Source of the DNA: an uncultured Lachnospiraceae bacterium
Lineage (GTDB): Bacteria; Bacillota; Clostridia; Lachnospirales; Vallitaleaceae
Direction: 5' to 3'
Assembly (NCBI GenBank): GCA_963550755.1
Contig: CAUVDV010000001.1
Location: 2,721 to 66,720, forward strand
DNA length: 64,000 nucleotides
The first letter of the stretch is position 1, and each line of letters starts with the position of its first letter. The translations under genes were made by a program, and so were the position numbers. This document shows, piece by piece, positions 1 to 10,799 of the stretch. Under the pieces are notes generated by a model. The model worked only from the letters and a program-made list of their open reading frames with translations. It had not been told where the DNA came from and did no database searches.

Positions 1-946
<946 letters not shown>

Positions 947-979
947 TCATTTGTCGTATCCTGCTTCTACTAAAATTTA

Positions 980-1008
980 ATTTTAAAACCTTATTTCCTG
1001 TCTGTCAA
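980..1008 (-). promoter_or_regulatory. sigma-A-type promoter for pyrG
   Basis: Minus strand reads TTGACA-N17-TAAAAT about 50 bp upstream of the pyrG ATG. Confidence 0.65.
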
Positions 1009-1129
1009 GCGGCTTTTTTCCTTTTCGCCTTTATGCTCCCGGCGTACTTTTACAGTTCCGGCCATTCCGCCAATCTGAAAAATCATAGACTTTCCGCTGG
1101 CAAAATCTATTGGGGCCTCCCTTTCGCTG

Positions 1130-2527
1130 CTATTTTAAAAGCTTGACGCTCTCAGCCGCCGCCCGCTCCAAAACCTGATCACGTTGACTTAATTTCGCCC
1201 GCAGCGCCGTATTTAAAGCGCTTTGCGTGGTAAAATCAATGACCGCCGATTCGCCCAGGCCGCTCGCCTTTTGAAAAGCCAGCACCGCCGGCAAGGTATT
1301 AGCTTCATATTTATTATCCGGCGCATCCTGAAAATAACCAAGATATCGGAGAATATTCTCCGCTTTTTTTATCGCCTCATTTTCATCGCCCACAAAGAAG
1401 CGCCGATCCGACAAGATATAATCCGGCGTCTCCAGCAAAATATCCGGCGCAATCCCTACTTTCTGCACCGGTGTGCCATTGGGCATAAAAAAGTCTTTAA
1501 ATGTCAGCTTAAAGGTGTACTGGCCGCCGTTAATATTAAGAATTTCCTGCGCTACCCCCTTGCCGTAAGTTCTTTCCCCAATTAAAAGGCCAATCCCCGA
1601 GTCCTTCAGCGCCCCGGCCAAGATCTCCGCCGCCGAAGCCGTATTTTTATTGATCAGGGCAATGATCTTGCGGTACGGCGCTTGATTTAGCTCTGAGTAA
1701 TAAATCTCCTCTTCGCCCCGATTATCGCGGAAACTGACGATTCTGCCCTTGGGCAGGAGCATTTTTCCGATTTCAATGACCGAATGAACATAACCGCCGC
1801 CATTATCGCGCAAATCTAAGACCAGCACTTGCGCCGCCTTATTTTCCGCTTTATTCAAAATATCCCTTAGTTCCGCTGCCGTATCCGAGCCAAAGCTGGT
1901 CAGCGCTACGTACAGAACCGCTTTCGGATCCATGCCCGCCGGCAAAGTCAGCGGCAGACGGTTCCAGGCAATCTCTTCGGCAGTCGGTAAATGAAGCGCC
2001 CGTCTTTCCAGCCGAAAGCTTAGCTTTTTCTGACCGCGCTTAACTTCCAGCACCACATACGTTCCTTTTTCTCCTAAAATCTTATTGGCAACTTCATCCG
2101 TGCTCGTCATGTCCGCAAAGCTGACACCGTCCGCGCTCAATAAAATATCCCCCGGCAAAACGCCGCCTTCGGCTGCGCTCCCGCCGGCAATCAACTTAAT
2201 TACCACAAAGGTATTATTTTCCCGGCGAAACTGAATGCCAATGCCTTCAAAATCTTTATCAATACTGCGCGCAAACTGCTGGCTCTGTTCCTGCGTAAAA
2301 AACTCCGAATATTCGTCTAAACCTCCAAACATGCCCTTCATCGCCGCTTCAAACAATTCCTGCCGGCTGACATTGCCAGTGTAATCCTGCTGGATCCGCT
2401 CCATCACTTGTTCAAAAATACGGGCATATTCCCCGCTGTCCGCCGCTGCTGCCGGCAGCATACTATTCCCCAGCAGTATCAGCGCCAACGCTCCGGCTAA
2501 AATTGTTCTTAGCATTCTTTTTTTCAT
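1130..2527 (-). CDS. S41 family C-terminal processing protease (CtpA-like) with PDZ and peptidoglycan-binding domains
   Basis: Signal peptide MKKRMLR..., GIGI PDZ loop, LDLRDNGGG, TASAAEI and GERTYGKG motifs; C-terminal 'AVLAFQKASGL' PG-binding-like segment. Start trimmed to the second Met. Confidence 0.92.
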   Translation of the reverse strand: MKKRMLRTILAGALALILLGNSMLPAAAADSGEYARIFEQVMERIQQDYTGNVSRQELFEAAMKGMFGGLDEYSEFFTQEQSQQFARSIDKDFEGIGIQFRRENNTFVVIKLIAGGSAAEGGVLPGDILLSADGVSFADMTSTDEVANKILGEKGTYVVLEVKRGQKKLSFRLERRALHLPTAEEIAWNRLPLTLPAGMDPKAVLYVALTSFGSDTAAELRDILNKAENKAAQVLVLDLRDNGGGYVHSVIEIGKMLLPKGRIVSFRDNRGEEEIYYSELNQAPYRKIIALINKNTASAAEILAGALKDSGIGLLIGERTYGKGVAQEILNINGGQYTFKLTFKDFFMPNGTPVQKVGIAPDILLETPDYILSDRRFFVGDENEAIKKAENILRYLGYFQDAPDNKYEANTLPAVLAFQKASGLGESAVIDFTTQSALNTALRAKLSQRDQVLERAAAESVKLLK

Positions 2528-2845
2528 TTTCTGTCCTCTCTGCTCTGTCATCACATTTTTTCTTTTATCTTACGTTGCACAAGCCCTGCGTCCTTTGCCG
2601 GCTGGAAAATAATACCTCGCGCAAAAATGAATTTCGGCAAATCCCGAATGGGATTTAAACCAATTCGCTTGCTGCCGGAAAACAAGTTCTCCCTTGGCGC
2701 GGCCAATATAACTATCCGCCTCCGCCCTGTAATCATCTTACTATAAGCCCGCCGGTTTTTCAACTGAAAGTTCGCCTCTAAGCTGCCCCTATTTGGCGGC
2801 ACTCTCTTTAACTGCACGCTCATCGTAAACGCAGGCTTTGTAGTA

Positions 2846-2995
2846 TCAAAATAATTCAGCGGCAGAAACAATCTGCTCCAAATCATAAAGCTGCGCTCCG
2901 CTTTCCTTAGCCACGGCTGTAAGCCTTTCGTCAAAGCCGTTTGCCGAAAACAGCATATAATAAAATCTTGCTTTCTCCTGCAGCGGCCCAAGCTT
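2846..2995 (-). pseudogene. probable remnant of the C-terminus of a DUF234-type ATP-binding protein
   Basis: Translation ...ARFYYMLFSANGFDERLTAVAKESGAQLYDLEQIV resembles the 'YYxLFSxSGF...L..L' end of archaeal-type ATPase/DUF234 proteins; no upstream ATPase domain seen. Confidence 0.45.
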
Positions 2996-3070
2996 AGATC
3001 GTGTACACAGGTATTCCGAATAGAAAAACAGGCTGCCGATAAATGCATATTCACCTTCCCTCAAAAAAAT

Positions 3071-3109
3071 AATATCTAATCGTGATTTGTCAAATCTTGA
3101 TTAGATATT
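3071..3109. repeat. imperfect inverted repeat (hairpin or operator)
   Basis: aatatctaatc-gtgatttg-t-caaatctt-gattagatatt, between the remnant and the MFS gene. Confidence 0.55.
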
Positions 3110-3298
3110 TATTTCATCCTGCCCTGACGGACAAATCAAGCCGTTTTTTCTTTCCTTCCCTATTTATTACCATACCATATCTATTTCGTTTTATCAATAG
3201 ATAAAATTCTCCATTGATATGGCGCAAACTATATGTTATTTTTTATGCAATGTTACTGCGGCAGCTTTCCAATCTGAAAACTATCAAGGGGGATTGCA

Positions 3299-4510
3299 AT
3301 GAAGTACAATAAAATTTATCAAAACCATAACTTTATGAAGCTAATCATTGGCAACACCATTTCCGGCTTAGGCGATAGCATGTATAATATCGCTTTAACC
3401 GTAAACCTCTATCAAACAACCGGCAGCGTTTCAGCTATCGCCTTTATGTGGCTGATTCGCGCCGCCATGCGAATCCCCGTGCAGTTTCTGGCCGGCATAG
3501 CGGCCGATTCCTATCCCAGAAAACGGCTGATTTGCTTTACCAACCTTATCTCCGCCCCCATTTCACTGGCCTTTTTAATCGTCGCACCGGGAAATTGGCC
3601 GATTCTTTATCTGCTGATTTTTCTGCTGCAAGCTTTGAACGACTTGGAACAGCCTGCCCTTATCGGTTTAACGCAGGAAATTGTCGAGCCAGAACATTTA
3701 AAAGCCGCCAATGCATTTTCTTCTTTCATTGGGGAAATCACGACTTTTATCGCTCCTGCTCTGGCCGGCGGCATCCTTTTTTTATGGGGCGTTTCCCTGT
3801 TGTTTTTGATTAACGGTATCAGCTTCCTAATTGCCGGTGTTATTTTGCTTACCATCCGTTATTCTTCTGTCATCGAGGAAAAAGAAAAAAGAAAGTTTAC
3901 GCTCTTTCGCTTCGCCAAAGAAGGCTACACCAAAGCAATCGCTGACTCGGAGCTTTTACTGCTGCTCTTTATCGGCATTTTGCCGGGAATGATGGGGCGT
4001 TTTTACGAAATTTACAAAGTCCATATTTCCGATGTCCTACTGAATTGGGGAGCGGAAGGAATTGTGTTTTTCAGTTATGCCATGGCAATCGGCGGCCTCT
4101 TATCTCCGCTTTTAATAAAATACTTTTTTGCCGCCAAAAAATTAACGGCTGACTTTTATATGGTAACTGTCCTTCTTTTAAGCGGAATTTTATCCCTTTG
4201 GGGAATAACCAGCCATCCGATTTTAAACTTTGGGCTTTTGACCATCGCCGGAATCCTGTTTTCTTTGGTTGGGATCATCTTCAACACCTATTTGCAGGAA
4301 AATACAGACAAACAGTATATCGGCCGCATTTTTTCCTTTTACCGAATTCTTATGATCCTTGGTGCGATCCTTGCCATTCTGTTGGCTCCTGTTCTATTAA
4401 ATTGGCTAAACAGCGGTTTGGGCTTTGCTCTCGTGTTTGGCATTACTTCTGTGGCTATTTTAATAAAAAAATCACGGTTCAAACGAACCATTCGTCACTA
4501 TCCGGAATAA
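3299..4510 (+). CDS. MFS transporter (DHA3/Mef-like efflux type)
   Basis: 403 aa with about 12 hydrophobic segments; 'GNTISGLGDSM' N-terminus, 'AGIAADSYPRKRL' motif A and 'LQENTDKQYIGRIFS'. Confidence 0.88.
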   Translation: MKYNKIYQNHNFMKLIIGNTISGLGDSMYNIALTVNLYQTTGSVSAIAFMWLIRAAMRIPVQFLAGIAADSYPRKRLICFTNLISAPISLAFLIVAPGNWPILYLLIFLLQALNDLEQPALIGLTQEIVEPEHLKAANAFSSFIGEITTFIAPALAGGILFLWGVSLLFLINGISFLIAGVILLTIRYSSVIEEKEKRKFTLFRFAKEGYTKAIADSELLLLLFIGILPGMMGRFYEIYKVHISDVLLNWGAEGIVFFSYAMAIGGLLSPLLIKYFFAAKKLTADFYMVTVLLLSGILSLWGITSHPILNFGLLTIAGILFSLVGIIFNTYLQENTDKQYIGRIFSFYRILMILGAILAILLAPVLLNWLNSGLGFALVFGITSVAILIKKSRFKRTIRHYPE

Positions 4511-4528
4511 GAAATCAGGTTTTTCGCC

Positions 4529-4567
4529 ATATAAAAGCACGCGAACCTTAGCCGCGTGCTTTTATAT
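4529..4567. terminator. bidirectional intrinsic terminator
   Basis: atataaaagcacgcg-loop-cgcgtgcttttatat between convergent genes. Confidence 0.8.
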
Positions 4568-4583
4568 TCTTTATCTCTTCCTT

Positions 4584-6086
4584 TTAATACGCTCTGCCAA
4601 TTTCAGTGCGCAGATAATTAATCAGCCGGTTAATCACCGCCGCCGCTTCGGCCTTGGTAAACCACTGCGTCGGCTTGACATTGCCGTCGCTGTCGCCTAA
4701 AATCACGCCGATTTTATACCCCGCCATGATCTCCCGCTTCGCCCACGGTGCAATCTGCGCATCATCGCGGAACGGCGTCTGGAGCGTCGTCATCACGCCC
4801 AGCCGCTCCAGGCCGATCACCCTGACATAAATAGTAAACGCCTCCTGCCGGGTAATCGGCGCATCAACCGAAAAGTTTTCCCCGGTACCGTCCACCATTC
4901 TGACGTCATAAGCCGCCATAATATAAGGATACAGCGCATGCTCCGGACCGACGTCGCCAAATATCTTCGGTGCGTTCTTTTTGGGATTCTGATACTTGGA
5001 AATATCCACATTCATCGCCAGACACAGAGCCTTGACATATTCCCCGCGGCTCATCGCCTCATACTGCATGCCGTTATGCGGAATCTCCGTATATACGCCC
5101 AAACTGTACAACTGCTTAATATCCTCCTCCGCCCAATGGCCGCTTAAGAACTCCAGATTTTTCGGAATCAACAGTTTTTCAATCGGATTCGACGGCATAA
5201 ATAAGATCGAGTTGGCTTTTTCCTTGGCAGTCAGCGCCGGTTCCGCGTTCCGGATCTCATAGGCTAAGGTTGCCTTTCTTTCCAATCTTTGATTATAGGT
5301 ACCGGAAAAACTAATCTGATACGGATCGCTTTGTTCATAATAAATACTGCGGTTGGCTTCCAGCCGCGGCCTGATCTGAACATCCCGATGAAAGTCGGCG
5401 GCAGGCGAGTCAATGTTTAATTCCAGCACCTGACTTTCCAGCTTCGCCCACGGCTGCTTAAAACCGGTGATTTTCCCGTTCATCGTCGCATAGTACGGCT
5501 TTTTGTCCGCGTCCAAATAAGTGGCCACATAGGAGACGTCGGTCGTGAAATAATTTACGCCCGGCGTAATATCCTCAGCCGTTGATTTGGAAAAAGTAGT
5601 AGTGGCCGAATCCAGAGTCAGTGTTTTACCGCCGACAGTAATCGTTTCCACCCAGCTAAGGAGTTTCGAGTCCTTAATCACCTGAAAGCTATAGGGACTT
5701 TCCTGCTTGCGGAAAGAGGTTGACAGCCGCACCCGCCGGTCAAGAGTAGCCGAGGCCGCTTCATTTTTAATATTGATCTGATATTCTTCGGTGTACGAAC
5801 CGGAATTAGTGGTGGCCACCTTATCGGTATTCATCGTCACCGTAATCGTACCGGTCATTTCCACCGGTTTTGCCCCGAAAAAGATCATTTCTTTGTAATT
5901 GTAAGTCTTTTTCGTTTCCTTTTTGACCGGCACATATTCTTCCATGATTTTGGGCAGCGTATCGCCTTCGGAAATACCGCCGAAAAAGCCAAGCTCTCCT
6001 TCCGCCGCCAGCGTGATATCGGCAAATAAAAACAGCAGCGCCGCCAACAGAAGCGACCCTATTTTGATTTCCCCAATTTTTTTCAT
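4584..6086 (-). CDS. secreted S-layer homology (SLH) domain protein
   Basis: Signal peptide; three C-terminal SLH repeats (HWAEEDI...MSRGEY, FGDV...ITRQEA, FRDDAQIAPWAK...TKAEAA). Confidence 0.88.
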   Translation of the reverse strand: MKKIGEIKIGSLLLAALLFLFADITLAAEGELGFFGGISEGDTLPKIMEEYVPVKKETKKTYNYKEMIFFGAKPVEMTGTITVTMNTDKVATTNSGSYTEEYQINIKNEAASATLDRRVRLSTSFRKQESPYSFQVIKDSKLLSWVETITVGGKTLTLDSATTTFSKSTAEDITPGVNYFTTDVSYVATYLDADKKPYYATMNGKITGFKQPWAKLESQVLELNIDSPAADFHRDVQIRPRLEANRSIYYEQSDPYQISFSGTYNQRLERKATLAYEIRNAEPALTAKEKANSILFMPSNPIEKLLIPKNLEFLSGHWAEEDIKQLYSLGVYTEIPHNGMQYEAMSRGEYVKALCLAMNVDISKYQNPKKNAPKIFGDVGPEHALYPYIMAAYDVRMVDGTGENFSVDAPITRQEAFTIYVRVIGLERLGVMTTLQTPFRDDAQIAPWAKREIMAGYKIGVILGDSDGNVKPTQWFTKAEAAAVINRLINYLRTEIGRAY

Positions 6087-6098
6087 ATCGGCTCCCTT

Positions 6099-9000
6099 CT
6101 ATTGCTCGACAAAGAATAAATAGCCTTCGACCGTCCGATCGGCGTTATCCTTCAAGCTTTTCACCAAATCTTCAGTCGTCATCGCCCGAATCACCTCGCC
6201 TATTTTTAAAGTATCCTTTTCCGTTATATTATTTTCCCGGAAAAAGAGAGCCGAGGCGTGAACGGTTAACACGGCATAGCTATTTTTTAAACTAAGCGGC
6301 ACCCATTTTTTCTGCGCCCGCTGATAGACAAACACATCCTTGATCTTAATGTTATTGCCGTCGATCTCGTAAATCGTACCCTTAACACCCTCCTGCAAAT
6401 ACGGCTGATACAGCACATACTTAGCGACGGCGCCGTCGGAGATGATGTTATATACTTTATCGGTCTGCGTAATTTCATCATAGGATAAAAACTTAGGCAG
6501 GTTAATAAAGCCATCCCCCGAATAAATCCTGGTGTTATAGTCTATTTCAAACTCGCGCCTAATCGGCGAATAAACCCAGTTCATCCCCTTTAACGCCGAA
6601 TTGGACTGGAGCTTAAAGTTTTGCATTTCATTGATCTTCGCGATCCGGCCGCGGAAGATCTGCAGGCTGTCATTGCCCGGCTCAGCCGTCACCTCAACCA
6701 GCGCCGCCTGATTCTCACCGTTTAAAATCACTCTGGCATAATCCGGCGGCAAAAGGCTGCCAAAGCTAACCACATGATTATTCTTTAAAATAATGGTGCC
6801 GTCGTCGGCTTGAATTGCCCCCGCCCGATCCTCTAAAGTCAAATGACTGTTATCCCGAATGGTTTCAATCCGGTCCCGCGCCAGCATGGTTTCCCGGCTG
6901 TCCCGAAAGCTAAGCGTGTCTAAAATCTCGCCGGAATAAAACTGGGTCGTCACCGCATAACCAATCATATTGGGTGAGTACAGGAACTTGCGCACATAAT
7001 CAGCCGTGACCCTCTGGCCGTTGTAATAATATTTGGTCTGCTCATTTTGCTGAAAAACCCGGCTGGCTTGGTAATCATCCCAGCGGCTATAATTCAGCTT
7101 ATAAGAATGATTGAGCGTCAATTGCTTTTGCGCCTGATTTAAAAGGCCGATATTGCCTTTATAAACATTGGCCACTTGATTGCCCAGTTTATCAACCGCT
7201 ATTTCCTTAACCGTTTCCTTTAACGTACCGGGAGTGATCACCGCCTGATTAATCAAAAGCTTGACAGTTTGACCGGCTTGCAGCCTGGATAGGCTGCTCC
7301 TTTCCTCCCCGTAAAAAACACCCGCTAACGGCGCAACCGTATAAGTAGTGATCGATCCATCCGGCCGGCGAATGGTAATTTGCGCCCCGGCATCACCGGT
7401 GTCACGAATATCCACAATTTGGCCAAAATCCGCTACATAATTGGTGCTGGCCGCAATCCGGGTAATGTATTCCGGATCCTCTTCCGACAGCAGTGCATGA
7501 ACCATGTCGCCGATCTCTAAATCACTGATTTTGCCGTCATAAGGGTCAAAGCGGTAATGCCTAAACAGTTCGTCAAAATAACCGGTATTGACGTCATTTT
7601 CATAATACGGCCTTTTTTCCACTACCAATCCAGCCGTGTTGTATTTTTTGGTCACTACTTTACCGTCCCAGGTTTCAATCACAATGTACTTAAAATCCGG
7701 CTGAATATCCTTAATAATGCCGCTGATCTCATTGGTCCGAATAATATCGCCTTCATAATAAATCTCGGTTACCAGTTTATCCTTAACCGTCACCGTCACC
7801 CGATGGCTGTAGGGGAGACTGGCCAGCGGCACATAGCGATCGTTGTACTGAACCTTAAGCGCCACCTGATCGGGATTGCGCCGGTAAAGGCCTGGAACCA
7901 TGGTGAAATGATAGCTGTTTTCCCCATCCTTTAAAATAATCTGGCCATTGTCCAAATCAAAGGGCTGCAAACTCCCGGAAAAGGAATACGGCTGATCGGG
8001 TTCCTTGACGCTGACATATAAAAGTCCGCCCTGGTCATCCACCAAATATTCAACCTTATCGCCTTCCTTCATCGCCAGCATGGTGGTTATATTCCCATAG
8101 TACAGCACCGGCGCAGATAAAACAGTTTTCGCATTATCGCTGCTGAGCTCCTCGGCGTAAACTAATTTATCCACCTGCCCGTTTTGATTACGAACCAGAT
8201 AATTTCTTTCCTTTCTGGAAGTCTGGTTATTTAAGGTGGTCGCATCCTCAATATGCCCGACATAGCCGTCTTTCATCGTAATATTTCTCAGCCGGTAGAG
8301 GGTCTGCCCCATATTGCGGATCGTCTGGGCAATCTCGGCCCGGGTAATTCCCCGCTTGGGCGCGAAGGTGCTGCCGGTTCCCTGCATAATCCCGGCCTTA
8401 GTTGCCATTTCCACATACGGCAAATATTCAGCCCGGATACTTTGCCAGTCACTATAGCGAAAAATCGCCTGATTCTCATATTGCGGCGTCAGCTCCGTCG
8501 AACCGGCGGCTGCGGCTAGTTTTACCAGCCAAGTCGCCACCTCTTCCCGAGTAGCGGGATCTAAACGGCGAAAGTTCTCATCCGGCAGCAAAGCCGATTG
8601 ATCTTCAGCCAGTGCGTCATTTAGCTGATCGGCGTTAATCGCCCCCAGCCGTCTGGCCACCGTTAAATAGCCTTTGGACCAAAACGTCACATTGCTTTGT
8701 TCATTTTCGCCGGCATCAATTCCTTCCGCCGCTCTTTTCGCATCAGCCTCCCGGCCGATGGCCCGCAGCAAAAGCGCCAGCGCTTCTTCTTTGCTGACCA
8801 ATTGGTTCGGCCGATAATAGTAGCGCCCGCCTTCCGAATACCCCTGAACAATACTCAGCGCCCCCAAACGGGAAACCGCTTCCTTCGCCCAGTGATTTGA
8901 CCCCAAATCAGCAAAATTTAAGTTTTGCCGAATCGTATCGCCCAAGGCCGATCCGCGGTAAACTCCGCTGACCGGATCCGAGACGATCCTCTGATCCTCA

Positions 9001-9104
9001 GTAATGGCCGCGCGAACGGCAAATGGCTGCAGCAATGCTAAACATAGTAAAAATGCTATTCCTCTAAAAACTCTAAAAACAATAGGCTTCCTTCCTGGTT
9101 TCAC
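6099..9104 (-). CDS. large secreted SLH-domain protein with beta-rich repeats
   Basis: GTG start after GGGAGG; signal peptide; N-terminal SLH motifs (FADLGSNHWAKEAV, ATREEVA, FAPKRGITRAEIA) followed by ~750 aa of beta-rich sequence. Confidence 0.85.
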   Translation of the reverse strand: MKPGRKPIVFRVFRGIAFLLCLALLQPFAVRAAITEDQRIVSDPVSGVYRGSALGDTIRQNLNFADLGSNHWAKEAVSRLGALSIVQGYSEGGRYYYRPNQLVSKEEALALLLRAIGREADAKRAAEGIDAGENEQSNVTFWSKGYLTVARRLGAINADQLNDALAEDQSALLPDENFRRLDPATREEVATWLVKLAAAAGSTELTPQYENQAIFRYSDWQSIRAEYLPYVEMATKAGIMQGTGSTFAPKRGITRAEIAQTIRNMGQTLYRLRNITMKDGYVGHIEDATTLNNQTSRKERNYLVRNQNGQVDKLVYAEELSSDNAKTVLSAPVLYYGNITTMLAMKEGDKVEYLVDDQGGLLYVSVKEPDQPYSFSGSLQPFDLDNGQIILKDGENSYHFTMVPGLYRRNPDQVALKVQYNDRYVPLASLPYSHRVTVTVKDKLVTEIYYEGDIIRTNEISGIIKDIQPDFKYIVIETWDGKVVTKKYNTAGLVVEKRPYYENDVNTGYFDELFRHYRFDPYDGKISDLEIGDMVHALLSEEDPEYITRIAASTNYVADFGQIVDIRDTGDAGAQITIRRPDGSITTYTVAPLAGVFYGEERSSLSRLQAGQTVKLLINQAVITPGTLKETVKEIAVDKLGNQVANVYKGNIGLLNQAQKQLTLNHSYKLNYSRWDDYQASRVFQQNEQTKYYYNGQRVTADYVRKFLYSPNMIGYAVTTQFYSGEILDTLSFRDSRETMLARDRIETIRDNSHLTLEDRAGAIQADDGTIILKNNHVVSFGSLLPPDYARVILNGENQAALVEVTAEPGNDSLQIFRGRIAKINEMQNFKLQSNSALKGMNWVYSPIRREFEIDYNTRIYSGDGFINLPKFLSYDEITQTDKVYNIISDGAVAKYVLYQPYLQEGVKGTIYEIDGNNIKIKDVFVYQRAQKKWVPLSLKNSYAVLTVHASALFFRENNITEKDTLKIGEVIRAMTTEDLVKSLKDNADRTVEGYLFFVEQ

Positions 9105-9287
9105 TTTTTTTCCTCCCACGATCCGGCTTTCTTTTTTAATTATTTCGGCTGATTTTCGCTTTTTCTGAAGATTTTCCATTAAATTTATAAAAATTTAAGT
9201 ACGAACTCATCCTGCCGATACGATATGCCTTTTAGCGCTGCCCTGTCCTTTTGCCTGCCAGCGCCTCTTATCTTTCCGGCCAAAGCT

Positions 9288-9719
9288 TTATTCGTCTTTT
9301 TTTAAAGGCGTAGCCACGACATGCAGCTGGTTTCTGCCCATATCGGCCCGATTCAATTCAATCTGATAATCAATCTTTAAGTCAAAACCGCCCTCCAGCG
9401 GTGTCAAACTGACGTCCTGCGTATGACTGATCACTTCCAGATAACCGAACGGCGTTTCATATGGCACAATATGCGACACGCCCTTTTCAAAGAGCAAATG
9501 CGTATTTTTTTGCCCATAGCGAATAATCGACACCAAATCACCGTCCGTCTTAATCAATGTCTTAATCGGATTATCCGTGTCCAGTAAATTATCCATATAG
9601 GATAAATACAGCTTACCGTCTTTTTCCCGATATTGCCCGGTCGTGATCATTTCTACCGCATCGCCGTCCGCCGACTCCTGCATCCCGACAATGCTGATCT
9701 TTACATTCTCTTCCATCAT
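9288..9719 (-). CDS. DUF1934 (YwiB-like) beta-barrel protein
   Basis: VEMITTGQYREKDGKLYLSY...YETPFG pattern typical of DUF1934; start uncertain. Confidence 0.8.
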   Translation of the reverse strand: MMEENVKISIVGMQESADGDAVEMITTGQYREKDGKLYLSYMDNLLDTDNPIKTLIKTDGDLVSIIRYGQKNTHLLFEKGVSHIVPYETPFGYLEVISHTQDVSLTPLEGGFDLKIDYQIELNRADMGRNQLHVVATPLKKDE

Positions 9720-9950
9720 TGCTAATATTTTGTTAACGCTTAGGCCTGGGCAAAAACTTACTTGCCACAGAAATATCAAAGCCGACCCGCTCACGTCAGG
9801 ATCTTTTGAAATCCCTTTTTGGCCGGCGCGATGGCCTTATTCCGGCTAATTTTGCCCAAACACTAACAATATTTACCTCCTTGCTTGGTGTTATATCTAC
9901 CTTTTTAATCATTTTTTATGCCGCTGACCCGCGTCCGCAGCCGGCGGCAG

Positions 9951-10631
9951 TCATTGCCCGGCCGGCTCTCCGGCCAAAAGCGCCGTCAGCTGTTCCGGCC
10001 GATCAATAATATACGTCATCTCCGCTCCTGCTTTCTCCAAATCAGCCAGCCGGCGGAAACCCCAGCTGACAAAGGCGCTGTCTACTCCGGCATTTTTCGC
10101 CGTTGCCATATCCACCTCGGAATCACCGATATAAAGAGTTTCCGCCGATGTGACTCCGGCCATCGCCATAATTTTTTGGGCGCCGGCCGGGCTTGGCTTA
10201 ATCGGCAGCTGCTCGGTCGCTCCGCAGACCGCCGTCCAGCTCCATCCGGCCAAATAATCCGCCGCGATCTTTTTGGTCATATGTTCAATTTTATTGGAAT
10301 TAACCGCCAAAAGATACCCGGCCGCCGTCAGCCGGTCAAGGAGCCCGGCAATCCCCGGATACAGGCCCAAACCTTCTTTATAGTAGATTTCATAAGCCTT
10401 CACCAGTTCCTCATAATAAGGATGAATTCCTTCGCTGGCAAATACCTCAGCCGGCAGCGCTCTTTCCGCCAGTTTTTTTAAGCCGTTGCCAACAAAATAG
10501 CGGTACTCCTCTTTCGTATGGCCAGGCAGCCCATGCCCGGCCAGTACCGCATTCATCGCCGCTCCGATTCCCTCCAAGGAATCCAGCAGCGTTCCGTCCA
10601 GATCAAAAATGATTAATTTATATTTTTTCAT
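9951..10631 (-). CDS. HAD-family hydrolase (phosphoglycolate phosphatase-like)
   Basis: IFDLDGTLLDS motif I, KPSP and YIGDSEVD motifs. Confidence 0.92.
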   Translation of the reverse strand: MKKYKLIIFDLDGTLLDSLEGIGAAMNAVLAGHGLPGHTKEEYRYFVGNGLKKLAERALPAEVFASEGIHPYYEELVKAYEIYYKEGLGLYPGIAGLLDRLTAAGYLLAVNSNKIEHMTKKIAADYLAGWSWTAVCGATEQLPIKPSPAGAQKIMAMAGVTSAETLYIGDSEVDMATAKNAGVDSAFVSWGFRRLADLEKAGAEMTYIIDRPEQLTALLAGEPAGQ

Positions 10632-10754
10632 CACAGCTCCTAATCCCTTCTCGCCTGCTCCCTCTCGCCGCCGCACATCAGCGGCGAAAGATTTTCCAAG
10701 GCAAAAAGCCCTGTTCCTAGTATACCATAAAACCGCAAAAAGTACATGCCAAAA

Positions 10755-10783
10755 CGCCAGAAAAACTTTTAATTTTTCTGGCG
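10755..10783. terminator. probable terminator of the PTS operon
   Basis: cgccagaaaaa-loop-tttttctggcg just downstream of the PRD regulator stop. Confidence 0.6.
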
Positions 10784-10799
10784 CGGCCGTATGAATTTT

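Noticed and set aside
2551..3054. 167-aa ORF upstream of the S41 protease
   Set aside because: No recognisable motifs, atypical composition, and it overlaps the better-supported remnant frame.
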